Source of the DNA: Candidatus Bipolaricaulota bacterium
Lineage (GTDB): Bacteria > Bipolaricaulota > Bipolaricaulia > UBA7950 > UBA9294
NCBI GenBank assembly: GCA_040752575.1
Contig: JBFMGK010000003.1
Location: 32,001-96,000 of the forward strand
Reading direction: 5' to 3'
Length of the DNA stretch: 64,000 bases
Shown: positions 9,011 to 21,766 of the stretch, piece by piece
Layout: each line of letters opens with the position of its first letter
Numbering within the stretch: the stretch's first letter is position 1
Notes under the pieces: model-generated
Database searches by the model: none
What the model was told of the DNA's origin: nothing
The model's input: the letters and a program-made list of their open reading frames with translations, nothing else
Program-made: the position numbers and the translations under genes

Positions 9011-10304
9011 AGCGAACGCCCATCGCTTCGAGCTCTCCGAGGACGGGTTCGTAGATCTCCGGAAGCATCGGCACGTGCACACCGACAAGGTCGATCTCGC
9101 CGGCAAGAATCCGCCGCGCGGCGATCGCCGCAGGCAGACCGACAAGGCGCGACATCGACGTGTCGCCCTTCGGGATCCCGAAGTCGACCAGGGTCGAGAC
9201 GACCTTCTCCGACCGCCCCGGGTAGGTGACGGTGAACTCGTGCTGCATGACGAGCATGTCACGTTCTCCGGGCGCGTACTGCATCCTCTCCAGCATGCGC
9301 GACGCGAGGACGTCTAGGTAGGTTGTCGCCGTTCGCGGCAGGGCGTCGTCGCTCACAAGTCCAAGCCAAACGAGATCCGTGACCGGCTTCGCACCCGTCG
9401 TCAATCCGAGGCGTGCGGCGAGGTCGGCGGCCGTCGCCGGACCCGGGAGCCCGAGAAGGCGACCCGTGAGGCGAGCGAAGGTCATCCCGGCAAGATCGCC
9501 TCGCTCCGTCTCGTCGAGCCAACCGAGGTCGGCGATCGCCTTCAGCGTATCGCACCATCCAGGGTAGCGGAGGGTGCCGCGGAACATGCTCTTGACCGAG
9601 GAGATTCCGTAGCTCTCGATGTACGGCAGGGAGTCTCGATTCGGGTAGACCTCGAGGTCGCCGAACCCGACGATCGGGCACGGGGCGTGATGGGCGAACA
9701 GCTCGGGCCCAGGGACGCTGACGACTTTTCCCTCGCGAAGATACCGTGCCGGGTTCTTGCCGGCCATCACCACCCCGCGCGGCGCCCACGAGAACTTGTA
9801 CCCCATAGGATTCGTGTTCGCCTCGGGCGCGGGAATCCCTCCGGTGTTTGAGGTGAACCCAACGAGCGTGCCTCCGTCGTCGCGCACGCGATCGATGATC
9901 TTCATCGCCGACATATGGTCGATGCCGGGGTCGACGCCGATCTCGTTCAGGAGAAGGACGCCGCGCTCTCGCGCCGCCGCGTCCAGCGCGCGCATCGCGT
10001 CCTTCACGTACGACGTGGTCACCATGTGCTTGCCGTGTTTGACACAAAGCCGCGCCACGAGCGGATGATAGGCATAAGGAAGCAGGCTGATCGAGAGATC
10101 GTGACGAGACACGAGGGCTTCAAGTGCGGATTCGTCGTCGACGTCGAGGGCCACCGCGCGACCTTGCGTCGCGCCGCCGATGAGTCGGGCGGCCTTGTCG
10201 ACGGTGCGCGTCGCCACCGTGACTCGCGTGTCCTTCACGGCAAGGAGATAGCGAACCAGCGGTCCGGCCACGAGGCCGGCGCCTAGAACGAGAATCGTCT
10301 GCAT
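8985..10304 (-). CDS. Saccharopine dehydrogenase (glutamate-forming, Lys9/AASS-SDH-like)
   Basis: Start MQTILVLGAGLV at 10304 with SD GGAGGAG; ISLLPY, VTTSYV, NEIGVDPGIDHM, YKFSWAPRG, YPNRDS and RGTLRYPG motifs. Confidence 0.9.
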   Translation of the reverse strand: MQTILVLGAGLVAGPLVRYLLAVKDTRVTVATRTVDKAARLIGGATQGRAVALDVDDESALEALVSRHDLSISLLPYAYHPLVARLCVKHGKHMVTTSYVKDAMRALDAAARERGVLLLNEIGVDPGIDHMSAMKIIDRVRDDGGTLVGFTSNTGGIPAPEANTNPMGYKFSWAPRGVVMAGKNPARYLREGKVVSVPGPELFAHHAPCPIVGFGDLEVYPNRDSLPYIESYGISSVKSMFRGTLRYPGWCDTLKAIADLGWLDETERGDLAGMTFARLTGRLLGLPGPATAADLAARLGLTTGAKPVTDLVWLGLVSDDALPRTATTYLDVLASRMLERMQYAPGERDMLVMQHEFTVTYPGRSEKVVSTLVDFGIPKGDTSMSRLVGLPAAIAARRILAGEIDLVGVHVPMLPEIYEPVLGELEAMGVRFRESTTRL

Positions 10305-10327
10305 GAGGTCTCCTCCTCGGTCGGCCG

Positions 10328-11638
10328 TCAGGCCGAGTTGAGATGCTGCTCCAGGTGGGCGTAGTCGGGCGCCAACTCGCCGCGATAGGCGATCACAGCC
10401 CGTTTGAGTTCGAGAGGAAGATCGAGGGCGTCGAGGCCGACCGAGAAGTCTGCCGTGGCGAGGGCCGGAACGAATCGCTTGAGGACGGCGCTGAAGTAGA
10501 TCGAAGCTTCGCGGGGCAGTTCGCTGGGAAGGATCTCGACCGCCATGACCACGGGACCGCGCCCCTCGACTCCGGTCGAGGTCGTTCCTGTGTCGGGATG
10601 GTAGACGTAGACGGGATCGTCGGGTTCCGTCGCCTTCACGGTGATCTCGACTCCGCCTTTGACGTCGCAGGAGATGTCGCCGATCGCGCGGAGTCTCGGC
10701 TGCCCGGTCGCAAACAGGTCTCGGATCGCCTGCCGTGTGACGAGCCGCGGGTACTTCGGCTCCCAATAGATGCAGTTCACCAGGACGTGGAGATAGGGAA
10801 GGTAGCGAGCGAAACGGCCCGCGTAACGCTCGGGATGGCGGCGGTACTCCTCGAGGTCAAAAGCCATCCCGTCGCTAAGCGGCCGAACGGTATCCTCCTC
10901 GCGGAACACGACCTTGACGATCGGCGTCGCACCAGGACTCTCGGCCGCGGCCGGCAAATCCCGAGGCGAAACCTCGCGAGAGGGCAATAGGTCCAAGATC
11001 TCCTGGGCCCCGCGGGAGACGTTCCCGTAGCCCGCAATGCCGATGACGAGCGGGGAGATCGCGGAAGGAAGTCCCTCGGCCCGAAGCCGATCGCCCACGG
11101 CGCGCAAGTGGGCCTTGGCAGCGTCCAGCGAGGGGTACGCGGAGGCTTGCCGGACCTCTTCGAGCGGCGTCGAGAGACCCTCGATCGACAGTCTCGTACC
11201 GAGAGCCCAGAGCGTGTCGATCATCCCCGCGAGCCCTGCGTAGTTGCCGAAGAAGACCAGGCGGCGGCCGGCTTCGTCGACGATGCGCTCGTAGTCGATG
11301 ATCGTCGACCCCTGCTCAAGGATCCGCTGCAACATGGGCATGTTGTACGGCTGACCCTTGATCGTGTGCGAGAAGAAGACGTAGACCTTCTCGGGCTGAA
11401 GCGCCTCGATCGGGATCTCTTTGAGGCCCAGGATGACCGGGCAATCGCACAGGTCGTCCTGGACGAGGAGTCCGCATCGGCGGTAGTCGTCGTCCGAGTA
11501 GACGCGCCGATCCGAGGATTGCACGACAAACGAGAGACCCTTGCCCGCGACAAGATCGCGGAGATCGTCCGGGACCAACGGCGTGCGTCGCTCCCACGCG
11601 TAGAGATCCTCTCGCCGAATGCCGATTCGATTGACCAT
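10328..11638 (-). CDS. Lysine-ketoglutarate reductase (AASS LKR domain-like; AlaDH/PNT fold)
   Basis: IGIRREDLYAWERRTPLVP, FFSHTIKGQ, IDYERIVD, FGNYAGLAGMI, GYGNVSRGAQ, NCIYW, DISCD and LPSELPREAS motifs. Confidence 0.88.
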   Translation of the reverse strand: MVNRIGIRREDLYAWERRTPLVPDDLRDLVAGKGLSFVVQSSDRRVYSDDDYRRCGLLVQDDLCDCPVILGLKEIPIEALQPEKVYVFFSHTIKGQPYNMPMLQRILEQGSTIIDYERIVDEAGRRLVFFGNYAGLAGMIDTLWALGTRLSIEGLSTPLEEVRQASAYPSLDAAKAHLRAVGDRLRAEGLPSAISPLVIGIAGYGNVSRGAQEILDLLPSREVSPRDLPAAAESPGATPIVKVVFREEDTVRPLSDGMAFDLEEYRRHPERYAGRFARYLPYLHVLVNCIYWEPKYPRLVTRQAIRDLFATGQPRLRAIGDISCDVKGGVEITVKATEPDDPVYVYHPDTGTTSTGVEGRGPVVMAVEILPSELPREASIYFSAVLKRFVPALATADFSVGLDALDLPLELKRAVIAYRGELAPDYAHLEQHLNSA

Positions 11639-11753
11639 TCGACGTTTCCCTTCCACGTTCGCGCGAACGTGCGTCCCAAAGCCCGGTCAGTATAACGCAC
11701 AGCCCGCACGAGCGCACGGAATCTCCCAATGGAAGGACACATTCCGGCAGAAC

Positions 11754-12527
11754 CTAGCGTCCCGACCACACCTCGAACGCCCGCCGCCCTTCGGCGCGCA
11801 GGAAGGCCCAGGCGACCAGCGCTCTGGTGTCGTGATGGAACGTCTCTCCCAGGCTGTCCAACCAGGTGTCGAGGCTTCGGACGAGGTCGGCCATCGCGTC
11901 GGTTGCGGGAGCGGTGAACGCGGCGTCCGTGGCGTCGAGAAGCGAGGCGGGCACGCCGAGATGCCGAAGCTCCTGCTCGCTCCAGTGATGCGTCGAGGGC
12001 CAGGAAGAAGCGGCCAAGAAAAGCGTCTTCACGAGCGCTGCGAGCGCGTCTGCGTAAAGAAGCCGAAGGTTGAGAGCCCCGCCACGCTCGCGGGTCTTGC
12101 GGGCTCTTCCCAAGGCAAAGCGGAACTCGAGGTAATGAACGCGCAAGCGGTCAAAGCGAAGGAGCGGCGGGAGTTCGGCGAGCGCGGCAACGACGCGCTC
12201 GATCCGTCCTTCGGGATCGTGGAGGATCCTCGCGTGCTGGTACGGATAGTGGAACAGGTCCTGTGTCGAACGCGTGAGTCCCACGAACTCAGACCAAGGC
12301 CTAAGGTAGATCTCGTAGTCGACAACGCGTGGATTCCCCTCGCGCATCGTGAACGCGTGTCGCTCGGCATCGGTCGTCATCTCATAGGCACGATCCTCAA
12401 GGATCACTTCGATGTCGAGGTCGGAGAGGCCATCGGTCTGCGGGCGCGTCGACGAGCCGACAAGATAGGCCCCGACGACATCCTCGCGCTCGGCGTAGGG
12501 ACGTATCAGCGTGATCGCGCGCTCCAC
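11754..12527 (-). CDS. Pol-beta superfamily nucleotidyltransferase domain protein
   Basis: GAYLVGS...GLSDLDIEV (GS plus DxD motif) followed by a helical C-terminal domain. Confidence 0.7.
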   Translation of the reverse strand: MERAITLIRPYAEREDVVGAYLVGSSTRPQTDGLSDLDIEVILEDRAYEMTTDAERHAFTMREGNPRVVDYEIYLRPWSEFVGLTRSTQDLFHYPYQHARILHDPEGRIERVVAALAELPPLLRFDRLRVHYLEFRFALGRARKTRERGGALNLRLLYADALAALVKTLFLAASSWPSTHHWSEQELRHLGVPASLLDATDAAFTAPATDAMADLVRSLDTWLDSLGETFHHDTRALVAWAFLRAEGRRAFEVWSGR

Positions 12528-12558
12528 GAGTCTCGCCTCCTCGGAGCAGAAAGCAGCG

Positions 12559-12579
12559 CGCCGCAGTCAGGCTGCGGCG
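12559..12579 (-). terminator. Hairpin directly after tRNA-Val (possible terminator or processing signal)
   Basis: 8-bp stem CGCCGCAG/CTGCGGCG with a 5-nt loop; only a weak U-tract follows. Confidence 0.45.
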
Positions 12580-12655
12580 TGGTGGGTGGTACAGGGCTCG
12601 AACCTGTGACCTCATGCACGTCAAGCATGCGCTCTCCCAGCTGAGCTAACCACCC
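12580..12655 (-). tRNA. tRNA-Val(GAC)
   Basis: GGGTGGTTAGCTCAGCTGG...CATGC-TTGACGT-GCATG...GGTTCGAGCC...ACCACCCACCA; CCA is encoded. Confidence 0.95.
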
Positions 12656-12664
12656 AAGGTCAAG

Positions 12665-12736
12665 AGGCGGCGACCGGATTCGAACCGGTGAATCAGGGAT
12701 TTGCAGTCCCTTGCCTTACCACTTGGCTACACCGCC
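12665..12736 (-). tRNA. tRNA-Cys(GCA)
   Basis: GGCGGTGTAGCCAAGTGGTAAGGC..GGGA-CTGCAAA-TCCC..GGTTCGAATCC..CGCCGCCT; U73 discriminator; no encoded CCA. Confidence 0.95.
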
Positions 12737-12745
12737 GACGCTCGG

Positions 12746-12774
12746 AGTATACGAACTCGCTCCAAGTGGGTCAA
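12746..12774 (-). promoter_or_regulatory. Sigma70-type promoter for tRNA-Cys/Val
   Basis: TTGACC-N17-TATACT, 9 nt upstream of tRNA-Cys. Confidence 0.75.
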
Positions 12775-12866
12775 TTCGCGGGTTCCCGCGCGCAGACCGG
12801 AGACGGTTGTCGTTGTCTCACTTATCCTGTAAGATCGTACAACCCTTGTTCACTAAGGAGGATGCC

Positions 12867-14687
12867 ATGCGTACCTCGGCTCTTCTCCCCCTCGGACTTG
12901 CCTTCCTCGGCCTCCTGTGCGCGGCGCCGGTCGCCATCGGAGCGTTGTCGGTCGAAGTCGAACAAGCGGCAACGCAGGCCGACCCGACGAACGGCGACGC
13001 CGTCGTCTTCCTGGTGACGTTCGACGAGCCGGTCTTCGGCTTCGCCGCCGACGACGTTGTTCTGAGTCTCGCCGCGACGGCAACGCGGGTCGAAGTTCTC
13101 CCCGGCGGCGGGACGGCATTCCGCCTCGACGTGACGGAGATCATCGGCGACGGCGTCCTCTGCGCTTCCGTCCCGGCAGGCGTCGCGCACGCCGTCGCCG
13201 ACGGCCGCCCGAACGACGCGTCGACGAGCCTCGATGCTTGCGTCACGATCGATCGCAGCCCGCCTCAGGCGCCGACGACGAGCCTCCCCGAGAACGGCAC
13301 CGCAACGTCGGACCTGTCGCCCAAGCTGTCGTGGGATGCACCGGACGACGCCACGGGCATCAAGAACTACCGGGTCGTGATCGAGGGGCCCACGCCGCGT
13401 GACACGTATGTGACAAAGACGTCCTACACACCGACCCTGACCGAGGGCGTCTATGCCTGGCGCGTCAACTGCCGAGATCGAGCCGGCAACACAAGCGTCT
13501 GGTCAGAGACGACGACGTTCACCGTGGATGCGACCCCTCCAACTTCGTTGACCCTTCTTGCCGCCACCCCTTCGCCCGGAGAGTGGTCCTCGGCCAACGC
13601 CATCGACCTCTCCGTCCTCCCGTCCGAAGATACGCTCTCGGGACTGGCGGGGTACTGCTGTGCGTGCGAACGGTCGCCGGACTGGACGCCGTCGGCAGTT
13701 CCCAACAGAAGCGAAGATTGGGCCGGCGAGTCGTTCGTCGTCCCGTTGGACGGCGAGTGGTGGGTCCACGCCTGCGCGGTGGATCGAGCCGGAAACCTCG
13801 GCCCTGTTTTCACCAGCGGGCCGTTCGGCGTAGACCGAACCCCTCCGTCTCTGACCTCCCACATCCTCCATCTCCCGAATGACCCTGGGAAACCCTACGC
13901 CACGCTCGGCGACGTCGACCTCGCCGTCGTCGACAATCTGGATCCGCATCCGTCGGTGGCCTGCGCGCTGGTTCGGGGAACTCAGCTCCCCTTCGGAGAC
14001 ACGATCTCCGAAGTCACGGCCCGCGACCGCGCGGGCAACGAGGCGGTCGGAGCGTTCAGGGTCTGCGTCGTCAACACAGAGCCGCCCCGTGTGGACATCG
14101 TCGAGCCCCGAGCGGGCGCGGAGTTCGCCCTCGGCGAGGCGGTCACGCCGACGTGGACCGTCGCGTCGCTCGCCCCCGTCGTCTCGCTGCGAACCCGAGG
14201 ACTACAGGAACAGATGCTCGACACCCGAGTCCCGGGGCGGAAGACGTTCTCGGTGTCCGTCACCGACTCTACCGGGCTGTCCTCGTCGGCCCAGGTGCAG
14301 TACGTCGTGCGCTACGCGTGCCGCGACGTCGAGATCCTGCGCGTTGGGCCCGACGGGTCGGAGGACGTCCTCGCAACGCGTCCCCAGGTGAGCGCCGCCT
14401 CGGCCATCCCGCCTCGTCTGCGTTCGGCGGAGTGGCTCCGGGTCCGTTGCGCCGTGGATGATGGACTCGTCGGGCCGGCTCGTGGGGCGATTACGTATTC
14501 TCTCGTCCGCGCCGACCCAGACCGCCCCCTTGCGCCGATCTTGGAGAGGATCGGCGTCTTGGCCGACGACGGCGTGAGGTTCACGCTGGACTTGCCGCTC
14601 ATCGTCTTCCGACCCGGTGAGTACACCTTGTGGCTCGGGTTTGTCGACGGGACGAGCGAGAGCTTCGCGTTCGAGCTCTTCCGATAG
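12867..14687 (+). CDS. Exported multi-domain beta-sandwich protein (Ig-like/FN3/HYR-like domains)
   Basis: SD AAGGAGG; signal peptide; VTFDEPVFGF, LSW..PDDATGIKNYRV, YAWRV..RDRAGN and repeated DRAGN/D.TPP module ends. Confidence 0.75.
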   Translation: MRTSALLPLGLAFLGLLCAAPVAIGALSVEVEQAATQADPTNGDAVVFLVTFDEPVFGFAADDVVLSLAATATRVEVLPGGGTAFRLDVTEIIGDGVLCASVPAGVAHAVADGRPNDASTSLDACVTIDRSPPQAPTTSLPENGTATSDLSPKLSWDAPDDATGIKNYRVVIEGPTPRDTYVTKTSYTPTLTEGVYAWRVNCRDRAGNTSVWSETTTFTVDATPPTSLTLLAATPSPGEWSSANAIDLSVLPSEDTLSGLAGYCCACERSPDWTPSAVPNRSEDWAGESFVVPLDGEWWVHACAVDRAGNLGPVFTSGPFGVDRTPPSLTSHILHLPNDPGKPYATLGDVDLAVVDNLDPHPSVACALVRGTQLPFGDTISEVTARDRAGNEAVGAFRVCVVNTEPPRVDIVEPRAGAEFALGEAVTPTWTVASLAPVVSLRTRGLQEQMLDTRVPGRKTFSVSVTDSTGLSSSAQVQYVVRYACRDVEILRVGPDGSEDVLATRPQVSAASAIPPRLRSAEWLRVRCAVDDGLVGPARGAITYSLVRADPDRPLAPILERIGVLADDGVRFTLDLPLIVFRPGEYTLWLGFVDGTSESFAFELFR

Positions 14688-14699
14688 GTCGCGCCTCTC

Positions 14700-16990
<2,291 letters not shown>

Positions 16991-16992
16991 CC

Positions 16993-18500
<1,508 letters not shown>

Positions 18501-18504
<4 letters not shown>

Positions 18505-19043
18505 CCTTCCCCTCCCTCGCCCAGAGCGACCCGCAACCGCTCGAGCGACGCGCGCACGGACCCATCGAGAACGCGCCCCATGGTCTCGACGCGAACTCCG
18601 GCAATGAGGCTCCTATCGACGCGTTCGCTCATCCGCACGGGCCGTCCGAGGGACTTCTCCAGCCGGTCCTTGAGGCGCGAACGCTCGTCCTCGTCGAGGG
18701 CCCGCGCAGTGGCTATCACGACGGGCACAAGGCCCGCACGTTCCGCGGAAACCGCAGCGAACTCCTCGGCTACGATCTCGATGAGTCGTTCGCGCCCGTT
18801 CTGAACCAACAAAGCGAGCGCACGAGCCGTCGGCGTCGCCACGTCCGGAAACGCTTGCCGAAGGAACTGCTGCTTGGCTTCCCGCGACACGAGGGGGTGC
18901 TCCATCCACCGGCGCAAACGAGGCACATCGCGGAGGGTGGCGCAGACTTCGTCAAGGTTACCCGTGATTCGAAGCGCCCCGTCGTCCTCGGCTGCCGCGT
19001 AGAGCGCCTCGGCATAGCGGCGGGCGATCTCGCGCGGGGTCAT
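18501..19043 (-). CDS. atpH: F1Fo ATP synthase subunit delta
   Basis: IARRYAEAL...[11 protein letters not shown]...DGSVR; expected operon position. Confidence 0.92.
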
Positions 19044-19564
19044 CGTTTCTCGGCTCCGAGCGTTGCTTCGTCCAGTTCCTCGACCAGACGATCGAGGAAA
19101 CGACGGTGATCCTCGGCGCGCACCTCGCGATCGAGCACGGTCCGCGCACCGAGGAGGGCGATGTCCGCGACGCGCGCGCGAAGCTCGCGGATCATTTCGT
19201 CGCGCTCCTTCTCGAGGTCTCTCCGCGCCCCCTCAACAATCCGCGCCGCCTCTTCCTTTGCCCGCGTCTTGCTCTCCTCGATTGTCGCCTCGGCGTGGGC
19301 TTGCGCGTCGTCGATCATCTTCGCGGCGCGCTCGCGCGCCTCGCGGAACTCCCGCTCCCGCTCCGCGACAAGCTCGGCAGCCCGTGCCTCGTTGACCCTT
19401 GCGCTCTCCATCTCGGCGGCAATCCGCTCCCGTCGGCGATCGAGGTACTTCATCGCCGGTTTGAACAGCCAGCGATTGAGGAAGTACATAAGGATCGCGA
19501 AATTCGCGAGTTGCAGGATGAGGCCTACGTTGAGCTCGAGGATCTTGCCCCACTCGATGGTCAC
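19040..19564 (-). CDS. atpF: F1Fo ATP synthase subunit b
   Basis: GTG start at 19564; QLANFAILMYFLNRWLFKP TM segment followed by a long coiled coil. Confidence 0.92.
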   Translation of the reverse strand: MTIEWGKILELNVGLILQLANFAILMYFLNRWLFKPAMKYLDRRRERIAAEMESARVNEARAAELVAEREREFREARERAAKMIDDAQAHAEATIEESKTRAKEEAARIVEGARRDLEKERDEMIRELRARVADIALLGARTVLDREVRAEDHRRFLDRLVEELDEATLGAEKR

Positions 19565-19575
19565 GGCATCTCCCT

Positions 19576-19851
19576 CTAGGCCACGAAGATCAGGACAATC
19601 GCGATCAGGAGCGAGTAGATGCCGGTTGTCTCGGTCACCGCACAGCCGATGAGCATCGTGCGGAAAAGCGATCCCTGAAGCTCCGGCTGGCGGGCGATCC
19701 CGTCGAGCGCGTGGCCCACGGCATAGCCTTCGCCGATGGCAGGGCCGATGGCGCCGATCCCCATGCACAACCCCGCTCCGAGGAACTTCGCCGCCTGAAT
19801 GAGATCCGCTCCGCTGATCCCGCCGACGGCGGTCTGCGCGTCTTGCAGCAT
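19576..19851 (-). CDS. atpE: F1Fo ATP synthase subunit c (Na+-binding signature)
   Basis: GIGAIGPAIGEG, loop ARQPE and ETTGIY. Confidence 0.97.
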   Translation of the reverse strand: MLQDAQTAVGGISGADLIQAAKFLGAGLCMGIGAIGPAIGEGYAVGHALDGIARQPELQGSLFRTMLIGCAVTETTGIYSLLIAIVLIFVA

Positions 19852-19860
19852 GAGCCCTCC

Positions 19861-20577
19861 TTACCCTTCAACCGCCATGTTGATGTACGTGACGGCCAAT
19901 ACGGAAAAGACAAACGCCTGGATGAACCCGGAGAACAGCCCGAACACCGCATTGAGCGCCGCCGGAACCGCGATCGGAACCAACACCGCCGTGACGACGG
20001 TAACAAGGACCGTTCCAGCGAAAACGTTCCCGAACAGACGAAACGAGTGCGAGATCGGCTTGGCGATCTCCCCGATCAGGTTGAGCGGCAGCATGAACGG
20101 GTATGGATCGAGGAAGCCGCGCAGGTAGCGCCGCACACCCTTGATGCGAATGGCATAGGCGTGCGCAAGGATGAACACGAGGAGTGCCAGGCCAATCGTA
20201 ACGTTCGGGTTCGCGGTGGGAGACTCAAGGCCCGGAAGCACCGAGAGCCAGTTACAGACAAGCACATAGAGGAAGAGCGTGCCGATGAACGGGAACATCC
20301 TCGCGCCAAGGCCCGGGGAACTGAAGTTCGACGTGAGCTGGCCTTCGACCGCGGCAATTAGGGCATCCAGCGCCGCCTGCGCCCGGTTCGGCTTCTCTTC
20401 GATTGGCTGGCAGAGAGCCCGCCGTAAGAAGAACGCGAGAAGGAAGAGGATCCCCATGGCGATCCACGACATGATGAGCATCGTCCAATCAAACCGGATC
20501 TGCAGGCCCCAGATGTCGACCACGGCGACTTGCTTTTCGCCCAGGTGGTCCAGCGTCTTCGCGAGCTGCTCAAACAT
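19861..20577 (-). CDS. atpB: F1Fo ATP synthase subunit a
   Basis: SPTANPN, LPLNLIGEIAKPISHSFRLFGN and IQAFVF. Confidence 0.95.
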   Translation of the reverse strand: MFEQLAKTLDHLGEKQVAVVDIWGLQIRFDWTMLIMSWIAMGILFLLAFFLRRALCQPIEEKPNRAQAALDALIAAVEGQLTSNFSSPGLGARMFPFIGTLFLYVLVCNWLSVLPGLESPTANPNVTIGLALLVFILAHAYAIRIKGVRRYLRGFLDPYPFMLPLNLIGEIAKPISHSFRLFGNVFAGTVLVTVVTAVLVPIAVPAALNAVFGLFSGFIQAFVFSVLAVTYINMAVEG

Positions 20578-20951
20578 CAGGCTCCCGCCCCCCCGCGTGC
20601 GTTCGTCGCCACCGAGTGTACATGAGTCACCAACACGGCTCCACACGCACCCCAGAGCGCTTCACGAGACAGGAACACCGCCAAGAGGCCCAGACCCAAC
20701 CCCAGAAGGGCAAGCCGCCCAAGGTACGAGGCGGCGGCGGCCGCGCGAACCCGACGCCCCTCGCGTCGCAGCGAATCAAGGCTTTGGATCAACAGCCCGA
20801 CGTACGCAAGGTAGAGCAAGAAGCCGGCGACCACCCCGAGGGCGGCCTGGCCCCGTCCGGCTGCCGCGAGACCCGCGGCCGCTGCAAGGCAGAGGATGAG
20901 CGGCCTCACGACGTGAAACTCGCGCAGGCAAGCGGAGACAAACGCCATCAC
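20577..20951 (-). CDS. atpI: ATP synthase protein I (AtpI-like)
   Basis: 124-aa hydrophobic protein of about 4 TM segments immediately upstream of atpB. Confidence 0.7.
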   Translation of the reverse strand: MMAFVSACLREFHVVRPLILCLAAAAGLAAAGRGQAALGVVAGFLLYLAYVGLLIQSLDSLRREGRRVRAAAAASYLGRLALLGLGLGLLAVFLSREALWGACGAVLVTHVHSVATNARGGAGA

Positions 20952-20962
20952 GAAGCAGACGC

Positions 20963-21520
20963 CTAAATCGTCTGGATCTGCTTGGTCTTCTGGTCGATCA
21001 AGTCGTCGATGGCCTTCGTGTACTCGTGAATCGAGGCATCGTTCTTCTCGCGGTGGCGTCGAAAGTCGTCTTCCGAGACGGAGCCGGCCTTCTTCATCTC
21101 TTCGAGCTTCTCGTTCGCCTCACGGCGGACATTGCGCAAGGCGACCTTGGCCTCTTCCGCCCTTGCCTTGATGACTTTGGTCAGCTCGCGGCGTCGCTCC
21201 TCGGACAGCTTGGGCACTTTGATCCGCACGACGTGGCCGTCGCTCATGGGGTTGAGCCCGAGATCGGAGGCGAGGATCGCCTTCTCCACCGCACCGATCT
21301 GCGTCTTGTCGAACGGCTGAACGACCAACAGATTCGGATCGGGGGCGGCGATCGAGGAGAGCTGCCGTAGGGGCATCCTCGTCCCGTAGTAGTCCACGAC
21401 AACGTCCTCCACCATGGCGGGGTTCGCTCGCCCAGTCTGGACCTTCGCGAGATGCTCCTTCAAGACGTCAACCGTCCGCTTCATATGCTCCAGCATCTCC
21501 GTTCGTACCTGTTCTGGCAT
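20963..21520 (-). CDS. frr: Ribosome recycling factor
   Basis: TGRANP, VDYYG, QPFD, LGLNP, LSEERRREL and KVALRNVRR; start MPEQV at 21520. Confidence 0.96.
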   Translation of the reverse strand: MPEQVRTEMLEHMKRTVDVLKEHLAKVQTGRANPAMVEDVVVDYYGTRMPLRQLSSIAAPDPNLLVVQPFDKTQIGAVEKAILASDLGLNPMSDGHVVRIKVPKLSEERRRELTKVIKARAEEAKVALRNVRREANEKLEEMKKAGSVSEDDFRRHREKNDASIHEYTKAIDDLIDQKTKQIQTI

Positions 21521-21581
21521 ACGGCTCCCCTCGAGGCGGATCGTCGCGGCTCGTCGCCGCCCCTTACGCCGCCCCGACAGA

Positions 21582-21655
21582 TGGAGGCGAGCGGGTTCGA
21601 ACCGCCATCCTCCTGCTTGCAAAGCAGGCGCTCTCCCGATTAGAGCTACGCCCCC
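21582..21655 (-). tRNA. tRNA-Ala(TGC)
   Basis: GGGGGCG/CGCCTCC-A acceptor stem with G3:U70; CCTGC-TTTGCAA-GCAGG anticodon arm; no encoded CCA. Confidence 0.95.
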
Positions 21656-21679
21656 CGGGTAAACGTTGTTCTCTTCGTC

Positions 21680-21707
21680 AGTATACCGCGACGGATCTCT
21701 CAATCAA
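21680..21707 (-). promoter_or_regulatory. Sigma70-type promoter upstream of tRNA-Ala
   Basis: TTGATT-N16-TATACT. Confidence 0.6.
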
Positions 21708-21766
21708 CGAATCAGCGCCTCTTGGTGGCCGTCTCGGAGCGCGTTACGATCCGACAGAGGTCTCCG

